Source: a virus. From it: a DNA stretch of 64,000 nt. Each line of letters starts with the position of its first letter. Within the stretch, counting starts at the first letter, position 1. The notes beneath the pieces are model-generated. The model saw only the letters and a program-made list of their open reading frames with translations, was not told where the DNA came from and made no database searches. Shown here one piece after another: positions 52,916 to 63,248 of the stretch. The stretch spans positions 128,001-192,000 of the IMG/VR virus record IMGVR_UViG_3300012642_000011; one strand, 5' to 3'. The position numbers and the translations under genes were made by a program.

Positions 52916-54397
52916 ATGAGTAACTACGACTTCGCGCACCTTCATGTTCACTCACACGGGTCTTTGTTGGATGGATTTTCCAAGCCTGAAGAGTATATTG
53001 AAGCTGCCTTGAAAAACGGACAGAAAAGCCTTGGGTTGACAGACCACGGAAACAACTTCCTCACCTATGAGTTCATCAAATTAGCAAATGACAAAGGCAT
53101 TCGACCCATTCCAGGATGTGAGTTCTATGTTGCTCCGCAAAACCCTGAGGGAGCATTCTGTCAAGAGAGAGTATTCTATGGCACACCATCTCAGAAAAAA
53201 GATGATGTTTCTGCCAATGGCGCATATCTTCACCTGACTGTATGGGCTATAAATAATACAGGATTGAACAATCTCTTCAAACTTTCTACTCTTTCCTATG
53301 ACCCGAATAGACAGTTCATGAACACCAAGAAGCCCAGAATTGATTTCGATCTTCTTGCTGAGTACTCTGAAGGTCTCGTTGTCTCTACAGGATGCCCCTC
53401 ATCTGAGGTATCTACACGACTTCGACTTGGACAAGAAAAAGAGGCATATGAGTATGCTTCACGTCTAAAAGATGTGTTTGGTGACAGACTCTTCGTTGAA
53501 ATCATGGATCACAAGATGACTATTGATCTTGAAAAATCACTTCTTCCTCAGCAAATGGAACTTTCTCGTAAACTAGGCATACCTCTTCTTGCCACCAATG
53601 ACGCACACTATGCATACAAAGAAAATGCTAAACCTCACGAAGAAATGCTTGCTCTACAAACAGGAAGTAAGATGAGTGAACTTCCTTATGATGAAGATGG
53701 TGGAACTCGTTTTGCCTTCAATGGCAGCGGTTACTACCTTAAGTCATCGGAGGAAATGTATCACCTCTTCCCTGACCATGATTTCCCAAATGCCAACAAG
53801 AACACTCTACTCATTGCGGAGATGGCGTCAGACATCAAGTTGCAATACAACCCGCATTTGAAACCCACGCCTTTCATTCCTGAAGGATTTGATAGTAGTT
53901 ATTCCTACTATCGACACCTCATTAAAAAGGGATTGAAAGAAAGGTATGGCAATCATCCTGCACACATCAAAGAAGAAGCAATGAGAAGAGCAAAGTACGA
54001 GATGGAAGTTATTTACTCTTCTGATTTTGTGGATTACATGCTAGTTGTAGAATCTTATTTGAACTGGAGTAAGGAAAAATTCTCTACTAGAAATTCAGAA
54101 GGAAAGATTATGGCATCTAGTATCGGAGCGGGAAGAGGATCTGTGGGTGGATCAATCCATGCTTACTGCCTCGGAATCTCAGAAGTTGATCCTATTCGCT
54201 TTGGATTGTTCTTTGAAAGGTTCTTGTCAGCAGGACGTGGACCTGAATACATGATTGAATTTAATGATGGAAGCCTTGAAAAACACGTTGCTTCCAACTC
54301 TTTCCTTGCTCAAAGAAACAAGGAAGAGCGTGAAAAAATGTACGTTCACCAGTTAAACGTTGGGGACACAGTATACTACGAACAGGAGCATTGCTGA
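52916..54397 (+). CDS. dnaE: DNA polymerase III alpha (DnaE) N-terminal piece: PHP domain + first palm segment
   Basis: FAHLHVHSHGSLLDG PHP motif; ends ...GRGSVGGSIHAYCLGISEVDPIRFGLFFERFL just before where the catalytic PDxDxDF motif should follow; ATG at 52916 (track uses GTG 52910). Confidence 0.8.
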   Translation: MSNYDFAHLHVHSHGSLLDGFSKPEEYIEAALKNGQKSLGLTDHGNNFLTYEFIKLANDKGIRPIPGCEFYVAPQNPEGAFCQERVFYGTPSQKKDDVSANGAYLHLTVWAINNTGLNNLFKLSTLSYDPNRQFMNTKKPRIDFDLLAEYSEGLVVSTGCPSSEVSTRLRLGQEKEAYEYASRLKDVFGDRLFVEIMDHKMTIDLEKSLLPQQMELSRKLGIPLLATNDAHYAYKENAKPHEEMLALQTGSKMSELPYDEDGGTRFAFNGSGYYLKSSEEMYHLFPDHDFPNANKNTLLIAEMASDIKLQYNPHLKPTPFIPEGFDSSYSYYRHLIKKGLKERYGNHPAHIKEEAMRRAKYEMEVIYSSDFVDYMLVVESYLNWSKEKFSTRNSEGKIMASSIGAGRGSVGGSIHAYCLGISEVDPIRFGLFFERFLSAGRGPEYMIEFNDGSLEKHVASNSFLAQRNKEEREKMYVHQLNVGDTVYYEQEHC

Positions 54398-54398
54398 G

Positions 54399-55487
54399 AT
54401 GAGCGATAACTACATGGAAATCTACAAGAAATACCGCCCTAATCGTTGGGAAGATGTTATTGGTCAGGACAAGACTGTTAAAAGCCTGAAGGTATCTCTT
54501 CTCAAAGACAGCCTTCCTACAGGATACGGCTTCTTCGGAAAAAGAGGAACGGGAAAGACCACTCTTGCACTCTTGTTAGCAAAAGCGGTCAACTGTGAGA
54601 AGATGTCTTCTACAGGCAACCCTTGTAATGAATGTTCTTCATGTGTCAGCATTGACTTTAACAATAACCCAGATGTGGTTTATGAGTCCATGGCTAACAA
54701 TGGTGGCGTAGAAGACGTAAGAAAGATGGTGGAAAAGGCAAACTTTGCACCTCTTTATAAGAAAAGAGTATTCATCTTTGATGAGGTTCATAATCTTTCG
54801 AAGGCTGCATTTGAATCTCTTCTGATTCCCCTTGAATCCCCCACGACAAAAGCCCTTTTCATCCTTTGCTCAACCGATCCCCAGAAGATCCCTGAGACAA
54901 TTTTCTCTCGTATCAAGAAGAGGAATCTCATGCTAGTAAGCAATGAGACTATGAGAAAGAAAGTCGAGGAGATTCTTGAGAAAGAGGGAGAGAGTCTTTC
55001 TGACGATCAAATTGATTCCATTGTCCGACAGGGAAAAGGATCTGTCAGAGATACTTTGAACATTCTTGAATCAGAACTCATTGATGTAAATGATGATGAC
55101 GATGATGAAGAAGAAGTAGACTTTTATAGTCTGTTGATTCACTCTGTCAGTGAACATGACATCAGTAAGACTTATAGGACAATTGCAGAAGCAACTGCTG
55201 CTGGTGTCTCAGGAGATGACCTTGCAGAACAGTTGTTCTCGGATGTGCGAGATCTGATGATCATTGCATCAGGGGGAGATAGGGAATTGACTCCTAACCT
55301 TCCAGAAGCAGACTATACGGCAGTGATTAAGGGCATGATGGGATTGGGAGGATTGAATATGGTGGCACAGAGCATTGGCGAAGCCATCAGCAAAATGGGA
55401 ATGAATGTAGATTCAAGAATCATGCTAGAAGTTGCTCTAGGCAACTCTATCAGAAAACTTAAAGCGGCTAAAGCAAAGAGGGGATGA
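54399..55487 (+). CDS. dnaX: DNA polymerase III gamma/tau-like clamp-loader ATPase (DnaX)
   Basis: YKKYRPNRWEDVIGQ, Walker A FGKRGTGKTT, Zn module CNECSSC, Walker B FIFDEVH, sensor SRI; sits between the two dnaE pieces. Confidence 0.8.
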   Translation: MSDNYMEIYKKYRPNRWEDVIGQDKTVKSLKVSLLKDSLPTGYGFFGKRGTGKTTLALLLAKAVNCEKMSSTGNPCNECSSCVSIDFNNNPDVVYESMANNGGVEDVRKMVEKANFAPLYKKRVFIFDEVHNLSKAAFESLLIPLESPTTKALFILCSTDPQKIPETIFSRIKKRNLMLVSNETMRKKVEEILEKEGESLSDDQIDSIVRQGKGSVRDTLNILESELIDVNDDDDDEEEVDFYSLLIHSVSEHDISKTYRTIAEATAAGVSGDDLAEQLFSDVRDLMIIASGGDRELTPNLPEADYTAVIKGMMGLGGLNMVAQSIGEAISKMGMNVDSRIMLEVALGNSIRKLKAAKAKRG

Positions 55488-55495
55488 GATAATCA

Positions 55496-58183
55496 ATGAC
55501 TACAAACAATACCAAGACGATTACTAAGATCATTCCTCTTAGCCCTGGCTCTCCCCCTGACATTGATTCCGATTTCTCTCAAAAGAGTAGGGATCATGCT
55601 ATTCATCATGTTACTGAGAAATATGGAAGAGATAAAGTGTGCAGCATTGTCACCTTTGGAACCTTGAAGTCTAAGGGTGCTTTCAAATCCATGTGTACAA
55701 TTTATGATATCCCCTTCTCTACAGCCAACAAAATCACATCATTGATCCCAAATCCGCAAGAAGGTGTGCAGTTCGATCTAAGAGACGCATATAATCCCGA
55801 TGCGGATAGGTATGCCGAGGCGGAAGACTTCCGAAACGCTCTTGCTGACGACGATAGAATGAAGGATATTTTTGATGGTGCAGTCCAGATTGAAGGTAGG
55901 AACAGGACAACAGGAATCCATGCTGCTGGTATTGTCATTTCCCAGCAGCCTTTGATTGACTCAATCCCCCTTCAAGTTGTCAAGAAGGAAGACAAAGTAG
56001 TAAGCCAATGGGTTTATAAAGATCTTGAAAAAATGGGATTGATCAAGATGGACTTCCTTGGCCTTGAAACTATTGACATTATCCAAAGAGCAGTTGAGTA
56101 TGTTTTGAAGAATAACAAGGACATCATTTCCATGATTGATCTTATTCATGGTCCTATGGATGATCCTAAGGTTTATGATCTTTTCCAGAAAGGCAACACT
56201 ATCGGAATTTTCCAGTTTGGATCATCCATGGTGATAGACCTTCTGAAGAAAATCATGCCTACAAAGTTTGAGCATCTTTCCGCTACCACTGCTATCGCAA
56301 GACCTGGCCCTATGGGAATGGATTCTCATAACAAGTATGCTGCTCGAAAGAATGGGTTTGAGGAGATTGACTTCATCCACCCTGACTTCGATAATAGCCC
56401 CCTAGAAAAGATTCTAGGGGAGACTTATGGCCTCTTGGTGTATCAGGAGCAGGTCATGCAGATCGCCTCTGAGATCGCAGGTATGACGCTTCAGCAAGGT
56501 GATGATCTTCGAAGCGCCATGGGCAAGAAGAAGATTGCTGTTATGGAGAGCATGAAGCCTCTCTTCTTTGAAGGATCAATCAAAAATGGGTATTCTGAGG
56601 AAGCAGTTTCTCTTCTTTGGGATATCATTGCAGAAATGGCTAAGTACGGGTTCAATAAAGCGCACTCTGTATCCTACGCTATGAACTCATACCAATCTGC
56701 TTACTTGAAAGTCCATTATCCTGTTGAATTCATGGCTTCCTTGATCACACAGGCTACATCTAACAATGCTAAGAAGGATAAAGTTCTTGAGTATTTGAAA
56801 GAATGCAATCGCATGGGGATCAAGGTATTGACTGCAGATGTCAACTCATCTGATGTCTTTGTCTCCCCAGATTTTGCCAACGGCGGAAACAACATCATCT
56901 TCGGCTTGTCTGCATTAAGAGATGTTTCAGAAACCAATGCTGAAATCATTGTCAATGAAAGAGAGAAAAATGGTAAGTACACTTCACCTCAAGACTTCAT
57001 CAATAGATGCCACGCTCTTGGGATAAGAACAGCAAAAGTGTATGAATCTATTGCGTTATCTGGCGGATTTGATGGTTTTGGAATGTCACGAAAAGGAATT
57101 GTCGAAGCAATTCCAGCCATGATTAATTCTGCAAAGAAAAAGAATTCTTCTGGCGATTCTCTATTTGATATCTTTGAGGATCTAAATGAGATTGGAAATA
57201 TAAATATATCCGATGAAGAATATGATTTTGTTGAAAAATTAAAACTTGAGGCAAATACTGTTGGTCTATACTTGACAGGTCATCCACTGGAAAAGGTTGG
57301 CATTTCTTCAAGACTCAACACAATTGATTCCATCTTCAAACGGAACAAAAAGGATTCATACAATATTCTTTCCTCCATCACCAGTATTGAAGTCAAGCAA
57401 TCACGAGGTGGCGGAAACAAGGGCATCATCGTTGGTCTTGATGATGGCACTGGATACATGAACGCACGACTATCTAAGGAAGCAGTTAAATCAATCGAGA
57501 AATGGGAGGCAAGAGAAAAGCTAAAGAGTCTTTATTGCAAAGGAAGCAATGCTATCCCCGACTATCTTAAAGTACAAATCCTTAATCAGCATGTTCCTGC
57601 TAGACCGCCACTGGAAGTCAATGCTACGTACATTGCTAAAGTGTCCTATAACAGAGGATGGGGCGATGATGATTACAGGGCAACAATTGAATGGATCTTC
57701 CCTCTCAGGCTTTCCAAAGATGGAGAACTACCATTGAGGATGAGGTTTGAAATCAATAAAGACAACCATGAGAAAATGAAGAAAGCCTATGCTGGTCTTC
57801 CCAAAGTTATCTCTGGGAAGATAGAAGGCAATTCTCCAATCTTTAAGGCTGTTCACAAAGGCATTGACAATATTCCTGTATCTTCAGGTGACCTGCCCTA
57901 TTTCCAGGCACTTCAAGATACTAAGAGATTGTATATGGAGAATAAGACAACCACAGATCCACGAGTATGGCCTCCACAGGAGATCAGCGACAGGGTGAAA
58001 GATATTGTCAAAAAAGGAACAGTCTACTTTGAGGACCAAGAGGAAGCAATCGAATCACTTGAATATAAAGATTCAGGATATTCCACTGAGAAGTCACAAA
58101 GAGTAGAGATGGGGATTGAAAAATATCTTGGTCATAACTCTTATGATTTTGGTGTTCCGAAAACTTTCTTAAGAGAAGAGTAA
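55496..58183 (+). CDS. dnaE: DNA polymerase III alpha (DnaE) C-terminal piece: catalytic palm/fingers/beta-binding/OB
   Basis: begins ...SPPDIDSDF...VTEKYGRDKVCSIVTFGT; RTTGIHAAGIVI; MDFLGLETI; KYGFNKAHSVSYA, all collinear with bacterial DnaE after the FERFL segment. Confidence 0.85.
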   Translation: MTTNNTKTITKIIPLSPGSPPDIDSDFSQKSRDHAIHHVTEKYGRDKVCSIVTFGTLKSKGAFKSMCTIYDIPFSTANKITSLIPNPQEGVQFDLRDAYNPDADRYAEAEDFRNALADDDRMKDIFDGAVQIEGRNRTTGIHAAGIVISQQPLIDSIPLQVVKKEDKVVSQWVYKDLEKMGLIKMDFLGLETIDIIQRAVEYVLKNNKDIISMIDLIHGPMDDPKVYDLFQKGNTIGIFQFGSSMVIDLLKKIMPTKFEHLSATTAIARPGPMGMDSHNKYAARKNGFEEIDFIHPDFDNSPLEKILGETYGLLVYQEQVMQIASEIAGMTLQQGDDLRSAMGKKKIAVMESMKPLFFEGSIKNGYSEEAVSLLWDIIAEMAKYGFNKAHSVSYAMNSYQSAYLKVHYPVEFMASLITQATSNNAKKDKVLEYLKECNRMGIKVLTADVNSSDVFVSPDFANGGNNIIFGLSALRDVSETNAEIIVNEREKNGKYTSPQDFINRCHALGIRTAKVYESIALSGGFDGFGMSRKGIVEAIPAMINSAKKKNSSGDSLFDIFEDLNEIGNINISDEEYDFVEKLKLEANTVGLYLTGHPLEKVGISSRLNTIDSIFKRNKKDSYNILSSITSIEVKQSRGGGNKGIIVGLDDGTGYMNARLSKEAVKSIEKWEAREKLKSLYCKGSNAIPDYLKVQILNQHVPARPPLEVNATYIAKVSYNRGWGDDDYRATIEWIFPLRLSKDGELPLRMRFEINKDNHEKMKKAYAGLPKVISGKIEGNSPIFKAVHKGIDNIPVSSGDLPYFQALQDTKRLYMENKTTTDPRVWPPQEISDRVKDIVKKGTVYFEDQEEAIESLEYKDSGYSTEKSQRVEMGIEKYLGHNSYDFGVPKTFLREE

Positions 58184-58186
58184 GAT

Positions 58187-59536
58187 ATGTCTCCATTGCC
58201 AAAAAGACCGCAGAAGCCTGAAGGGTATGATTTCCCTCCTTCATCACCTCAAAGGGAGGAGTCGTACCCTGGGCAAAGCGAAATTGACCTTGATTCCCTC
58301 ATGACAAGTCCAGATTTTTGGGAAGATGATTCAGATGATCTTCCTGATCTTCCAAACGATGTAGAAGATGAGACTTCTGATGATAATGTTGATGAAGAAT
58401 TCAATGACAGCATGGAAACGCACACCCATCCACTCGACTTGTCAAACGATGAATTCTACGAAGATGACATTGACGAAAGTCAGTATTATGATGATGAAGA
58501 CAATGAAGAAAATCAAGAAGAATTCTCATTTGACAGTTCAGAATTCTCCTTCATGAATGAAGATTCTGATGATGAATATTCCAATGAAGGCTACGGATTA
58601 CTTGAAGGCAATGATAGTCACGAAACGTTTGAATCTCACGAATTCTCTGATTCCAAAGACGATCCAGAACCAGAAAACCCCTACTCTGCAATTGACATCA
58701 ATGGCGAAGGCTTGGAATGGGAAAGAAATGAGGATGGTTTTGAGAATTCTTCAGATCCATTTTCCACTATGGAAAACACAGATGAGGAAGACTGGACTGA
58801 AGAAGATGATACAGACCTAAGCATCCTTGACGACGAAATAGAAGACGAAGATGAAATGGAAGATACATCTGCTATTAAGTCTCTGTCTAAATCAAAGAAT
58901 AAAAAGAAATCAGATCAAGAAAAGCCTAAAACACGAGGATCTTCTTCAAGTGAGAAAGATTCTAATCCTCTCAGTATGAAGATTTCAAAGATCCCTGTTA
59001 TTGGATGGGTTTACTCTTTCGTCAAGAACCTATACTTCAAACTCGTAGATCTCTCCTTCTCTCTGATCATAGGGATTCTTGGCATCTTATCTCGTATCCC
59101 ATTTATTGGAAAGTTCTTTGGGGCTGCAAAGAGTGCTGTAAACATTGTTCGCAAGATTGCATCTCTCTTCCCACTTGTTTTCTTAATTCTGTTACTTGTA
59201 TTCTTGAACTGGAAGTCTGTTGATTCAAATACCACCTCTCAACTTCCAGATGAAGCAAAATTCTCAATTTCCCAAGGAGAATTCAACAAAGACAACGGAA
59301 CGGCATCAGCGAAAGTTGAAAACATCTCTGATGTTTCAATGGGAGCAGATGTCACCATGACTGTATATTCATGGCAGCCCTCCCTTAACCCCGTAACATG
59401 GGTACTACACCAAGAAGATATTACGTGTGATCCTACATTTGTTGAATTACAGTCAGGAGAATCCAAAGAAATAGATTTCACATGTCAAGGAGAATTGCAC
59501 GGAATGTTCGCAAGAGTAAGCGGTGATGCTAAATGA
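58187..59536 (+). CDS. highly acidic protein with C-terminal transmembrane segments
   Basis: 449 aa; N-terminal 260 aa D/E-rich; then hydrophobic helices IPVIGWVYSFV..., SLFPLVFLILLLVFL. Confidence 0.55.
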   Translation: MSPLPKRPQKPEGYDFPPSSPQREESYPGQSEIDLDSLMTSPDFWEDDSDDLPDLPNDVEDETSDDNVDEEFNDSMETHTHPLDLSNDEFYEDDIDESQYYDDEDNEENQEEFSFDSSEFSFMNEDSDDEYSNEGYGLLEGNDSHETFESHEFSDSKDDPEPENPYSAIDINGEGLEWERNEDGFENSSDPFSTMENTDEEDWTEEDDTDLSILDDEIEDEDEMEDTSAIKSLSKSKNKKKSDQEKPKTRGSSSSEKDSNPLSMKISKIPVIGWVYSFVKNLYFKLVDLSFSLIIGILGILSRIPFIGKFFGAAKSAVNIVRKIASLFPLVFLILLLVFLNWKSVDSNTTSQLPDEAKFSISQGEFNKDNGTASAKVENISDVSMGADVTMTVYSWQPSLNPVTWVLHQEDITCDPTFVELQSGESKEIDFTCQGELHGMFARVSGDAK

Positions 59537-60324
59537 CAAATATAAATATTGAAAAACCCAATAGTTCCATTGAAGGCGTAAACTCCAAAGTGGCACAGGG
59601 AATCTACAGTATGCTCAAAGATAAAGGGAGAAGAAGATTTGGTGTATCAGGAAGTTATATGATGCACCAGTCTGGTTCTGAAGAGTATAAAATTAAAGGC
59701 GTCAAACGTACTATTGCAAAAGAATTCCTCCAAGCAGAAAATGATCTATCAAAATTTCTTTTGGGTTGGGTGAAAGACAAGCCCAATGCTGTCCTGATTG
59801 AATCAGCCCGTGTGCCTGGTGCGGAAAACTCAGAGCCATCTGAAGTTGATGAAGAAAAAGGAATCATTGATGGCATTGACACTGACCACATTGTGATCAT
59901 TGGGGATGAAGTCATACTCATAGACACGACAGCATGGCCTAAAAAGAAGACTTATACCATTGGTGACGAAGGTGAAGTCTTGATGACCAAGAAAACTTTC
60001 GCTTTCTCTGATGTCCCTATGAAAAAGAACATCTACCAATGGTATCATTACCTTGATGAATCTGCATCCTTAATAGGAATTGTATGCATCAACTCCCCTG
60101 AAACCACTGTCATCAGAAACAAGAACTGGTATTTACAAGACTTTAGAGTAGTGGAATTCGGAAGATTTGAAGAGTTATTGAACAAAAAATACGATGAGAT
60201 TGATGATGATGACAGAAACAAAATCAACAGTACATTGGTTGCTCAATGCGTAGTCAGATGCATCAAGCCTTATGATGAGAGAACTAAAGTCATTAACTCC
60301 CGTGGACTATCGGAGTTGAGATGA
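59533..60324 (+). CDS. NERD-like nuclease-domain protein, tandem paralog A
   Basis: 263 aa; core GIDTDHIVIIGDEVILIDTTAWPKK; start overlaps upstream stop. Confidence 0.5.
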   Translation: MTNINIEKPNSSIEGVNSKVAQGIYSMLKDKGRRRFGVSGSYMMHQSGSEEYKIKGVKRTIAKEFLQAENDLSKFLLGWVKDKPNAVLIESARVPGAENSEPSEVDEEKGIIDGIDTDHIVIIGDEVILIDTTAWPKKKTYTIGDEGEVLMTKKTFAFSDVPMKKNIYQWYHYLDESASLIGIVCINSPETTVIRNKNWYLQDFRVVEFGRFEELLNKKYDEIDDDDRNKINSTLVAQCVVRCIKPYDERTKVINSRGLSELR

Positions 60325-61085
60325 CAGATATAATACAACCTGACAATGAAATCTATGGTGTTAATCCACAAGTAGCAGAAAAAATCCAAGAGATGCTTCA
60401 TAAAGGTAGAAGATACTTCGGGTCTGCAGGTGCATCTCTCACACATCATGTCAACAACCCTGAACACGAATCAGACTTCAGACTTCCTTTAGTGAGAAGC
60501 GGTATGGAAGGAGAAAGATCAACATCTTACTCCATCAGAAAATGGATGGAAGATAAAGATGATGTTGTCCTTATTGATTCAGTTCACATCAAGGGGATGG
60601 GAAAAGAGTACATTGATGAAGAAACTGGTGTTGCTGAAGGCGGAGACACTGATCACGTTCTAATCATAGGAAACAATGTAATCATCATTGATACAAAAAG
60701 ATGGAAATCAAAGAGAAAATACTCTATCAGTAATAAAAACACCGTACTGAGACAGGGCAGATCCTTCGGCGGCGGAAACGTCAGCACAAGAGAGGCAAAG
60801 CACTTATGGAGACAGTATGTTGGAAAGAAAGTGGGAGTATCTGGAATTGTTGTCATCAACCAAGAAAAAATCTTTGTTGTCTATGACAATAACTGGAAGA
60901 AAGCACCATTCCGATTGGTAACGATTGAAAACCTTTATGAAACCCTTGATTTTCAATATGAGCGAATTCAACATAAAGGATTCATTAATTCATCATTGGT
61001 CTCTCAAGTTGTCGTCTGTGCCATCAAGCCATATGACTCAATGAAGAGGGTTTTCGATATGGAGAAAATTAAAGACTTCAAATGA
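60321..61085 (+). CDS. NERD-like nuclease-domain protein, tandem paralog B
   Basis: 254 aa; core GGDTDHVLIIGNNVIIIDTKRWKSKRKY; ATGA overlap with paralog A. Confidence 0.5.
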   Translation: MTDIIQPDNEIYGVNPQVAEKIQEMLHKGRRYFGSAGASLTHHVNNPEHESDFRLPLVRSGMEGERSTSYSIRKWMEDKDDVVLIDSVHIKGMGKEYIDEETGVAEGGDTDHVLIIGNNVIIIDTKRWKSKRKYSISNKNTVLRQGRSFGGGNVSTREAKHLWRQYVGKKVGVSGIVVINQEKIFVVYDNNWKKAPFRLVTIENLYETLDFQYERIQHKGFINSSLVSQVVVCAIKPYDSMKRVFDMEKIKDFK

Positions 61086-61146
61086 TGTCCCACTATATTT
61101 TCTGATATGAAAAGTAGGACAAAAAACTTAAAGAACGGAGATAAAT

Positions 61147-61755
61147 ATGAGCAAGAAGTACATTGCTAAGAGTGAAGATCTTGAGAACAGACTTGGCGAC
61201 AAATTGAAAGGGACAATCTTCAAGGATGTAGACACATTCATTGAAAATTACAACCTTGAGATCATCAACAAGAATTCCCCCTCTGTTAAAGAAATTGCTG
61301 AAGACATTCTCTCTACATACAAGAATGTCACACAACCCAAGAGAGGCGTTCTCTCCGTATTATCCAGTAGAGAAATCATGATCTCTGACACCATCGACAA
61401 ACTCAAGTCATGGGTTATGGTCACAAAATTGAAGAGAATTCTTTCTGAGAAAATTGATCTTGGTTTGATCACACCTGATGACTATGTTGCCTTCAGTTCA
61501 GAGGTCAAGAATCCCGGCATTGTCAGAGTAGAAGAGCATGAAGACGAAAACGGAAACGAAGTTAAAACCGGAGTGATCGAAGAGATCAATGAAGAGAAGA
61601 TCCCAGTAGATGAAAGCACTATCACCGCATTGTCTTCCATCAGAGGAACAGATGTGCCATTTACAGATGAGGTTGACGCTCACGTTCTACAGGTGAAAGA
61701 GATTCTTGAGTTTGATGATGCATTCATTGAATCCATACATGATCTCGTAAAGTGA
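61147..61755 (+). CDS. hypothetical acidic protein (202 aa)
   Basis: track ORF; RBS ggag. Confidence 0.5.
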   Translation: MSKKYIAKSEDLENRLGDKLKGTIFKDVDTFIENYNLEIINKNSPSVKEIAEDILSTYKNVTQPKRGVLSVLSSREIMISDTIDKLKSWVMVTKLKRILSEKIDLGLITPDDYVAFSSEVKNPGIVRVEEHEDENGNEVKTGVIEEINEEKIPVDESTITALSSIRGTDVPFTDEVDAHVLQVKEILEFDDAFIESIHDLVK

Positions 61756-61849
61756 CTATTTAGAATAAGAACACGGGAGAGCAATTGATATCGTTGCTCT
61801 CCCTTTTCACTCAACACAATAATCGTGAAATCCGAAGAGGTGTTAACCA

Positions 61850-62905
61850 TTGAAAATTAAAAGAATGAAAGAAGTCACTCCAACAATGTCTCGTTGTATT
61901 GAGGTTGACTCTGCCAACAGGTTGTTTGCATCTGGTGGAGAAGACGCAGTATCTTTCGTTACACACAACTCTGTGGTGCAGAGGAACATTATTTTTGGTG
62001 CTATCTTGAGACCAGATAGGTGGAGATTCCTTGGCATTGACCTTAAACGTGTAGAACTTTCAGCTTTCCGTGCTTATTCAAATGTTGTCCTTGGAATTGC
62101 CACAACGATTGAAGATGCACTCATTGTTCTAAGATTTGCCCAACAGACCATGATGAAAAGATACACAGAAATGGAAGAGTTGGGAATTAACAACTTCCTT
62201 GATCTACCAGAAGCAGGTCAGGCACTTATGGTCATGGTAGACGAGATGGGTGAGTTACTCGGTGATTCAGGAAAAGCAGTCACTGATGAGCAAAAAGAAG
62301 AAGCACTACTTAAAGGAGAAGCATCTGCCATTATTGGATCTATTGCCCGTTTGGGAAGAGCAGCAGGTGTTCATTTAGTGGATGCAACACAGAGACCTGA
62401 CGCTACCATCATTGCTGGTGAAACTAAAGAGAATCACCCCGTGAGAATCAACTGTGGCAGAACTAGATCAACAGCATCCAGCATGATTCTTGACAGCAGT
62501 GAAGGAACCAGAGTAAAGGCAAACCCACGTGGACGACTCTATCTTCAGATTCACGGAAACGGAAACCACGGACAAGGATTCTTTGCAGAACCTTCATGGA
62601 TAGATGAATATCTCGCCAGTGTCGGAAAGAACCCTGACGGATCACCGTTGTCTGAAAGAAAACCAAAGGTTCAGAACATCACCAATATATCTGAATTTGA
62701 AAATGCAGACCTTGATGCCAAAGAAGGAATTGATAACAGCAGTATCATTAACAAGATGAGAGAAGAAGATGAAATAGCAGCACAAGAATCTTCTGAATCT
62801 CTTGTAAGGCCGGAACTTGGTGGAGGAATAGGAAAAGATAAGTTCCATCGCCCAGAGGATGATTGGGATGATGAACTTGATGCCTTGATCAATGAAAACA
62901 ACTAA
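61850..62905 (+). CDS. FtsK/SpoIIIE-family ATPase domain protein with degenerate Walker A
   Basis: FLGIDLKRVELSAF, Walker B MVMVDEMGEL and IARLGRAAGVHLVDATQRP match FtsK; but where GxxGSGKS should be the sequence reads SFVTHNS; start codon uncertain (TTG in track; ATGs at about 61865 and 61889). Confidence 0.55.
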   Translation: MKIKRMKEVTPTMSRCIEVDSANRLFASGGEDAVSFVTHNSVVQRNIIFGAILRPDRWRFLGIDLKRVELSAFRAYSNVVLGIATTIEDALIVLRFAQQTMMKRYTEMEELGINNFLDLPEAGQALMVMVDEMGELLGDSGKAVTDEQKEEALLKGEASAIIGSIARLGRAAGVHLVDATQRPDATIIAGETKENHPVRINCGRTRSTASSMILDSSEGTRVKANPRGRLYLQIHGNGNHGQGFFAEPSWIDEYLASVGKNPDGSPLSERKPKVQNITNISEFENADLDAKEGIDNSSIINKMREEDEIAAQESSESLVRPELGGGIGKDKFHRPEDDWDDELDALINENN

Positions 62906-62923
62906 AGCAATAAGGAAAATGAC

Positions 62924-63136
62924 ATGATTAATTCAAGCAATAAATTAGAAGAACTCAGAAATGCCTATAAAGAGATGTATCGTAGATACTCATCTAAGAA
63001 AGTCAACCCGTCCCCAAACATCATTGTAAACGTTGATAAGAATTGGATTCTTTCTGATCAAAGCACTGGAGAGGTGAAAGCGTTATATGTCGCTATTGAT
63101 CGTTTGGGAAGATCAGCAGGCGTCTTTGTGAAATAA
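62924..63136 (+). CDS. small protein echoing the FtsK motif region (70 aa)
   Basis: RBS aagga; ALYVAIDRLGRSAGVFVK resembles IARLGRAAGVHLV of the upstream ORF. Confidence 0.4.
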   Translation: MINSSNKLEELRNAYKEMYRRYSSKKVNPSPNIIVNVDKNWILSDQSTGEVKALYVAIDRLGRSAGVFVK

Positions 63137-63248
63137 AATGATATATAAATAAGAATGCTAAATAAAGATTGCGCTGTTCAGTCAAATGCTGACTAAGACA
63201 CAGCGTAATCTTTTTGCTAACAACCAACGTACAGAAGAAGAGGGAAAA

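Noticed and set aside
54250-55520. Split intein at the DnaE break
   Set aside because: The unconserved tail (56 aa) plus head (15 aa) is far too short for a Hint domain. There is no Cys/Ser/Thr at +1 and no terminal HN. The intervening gene is a normal dnaX, not an endonuclease.
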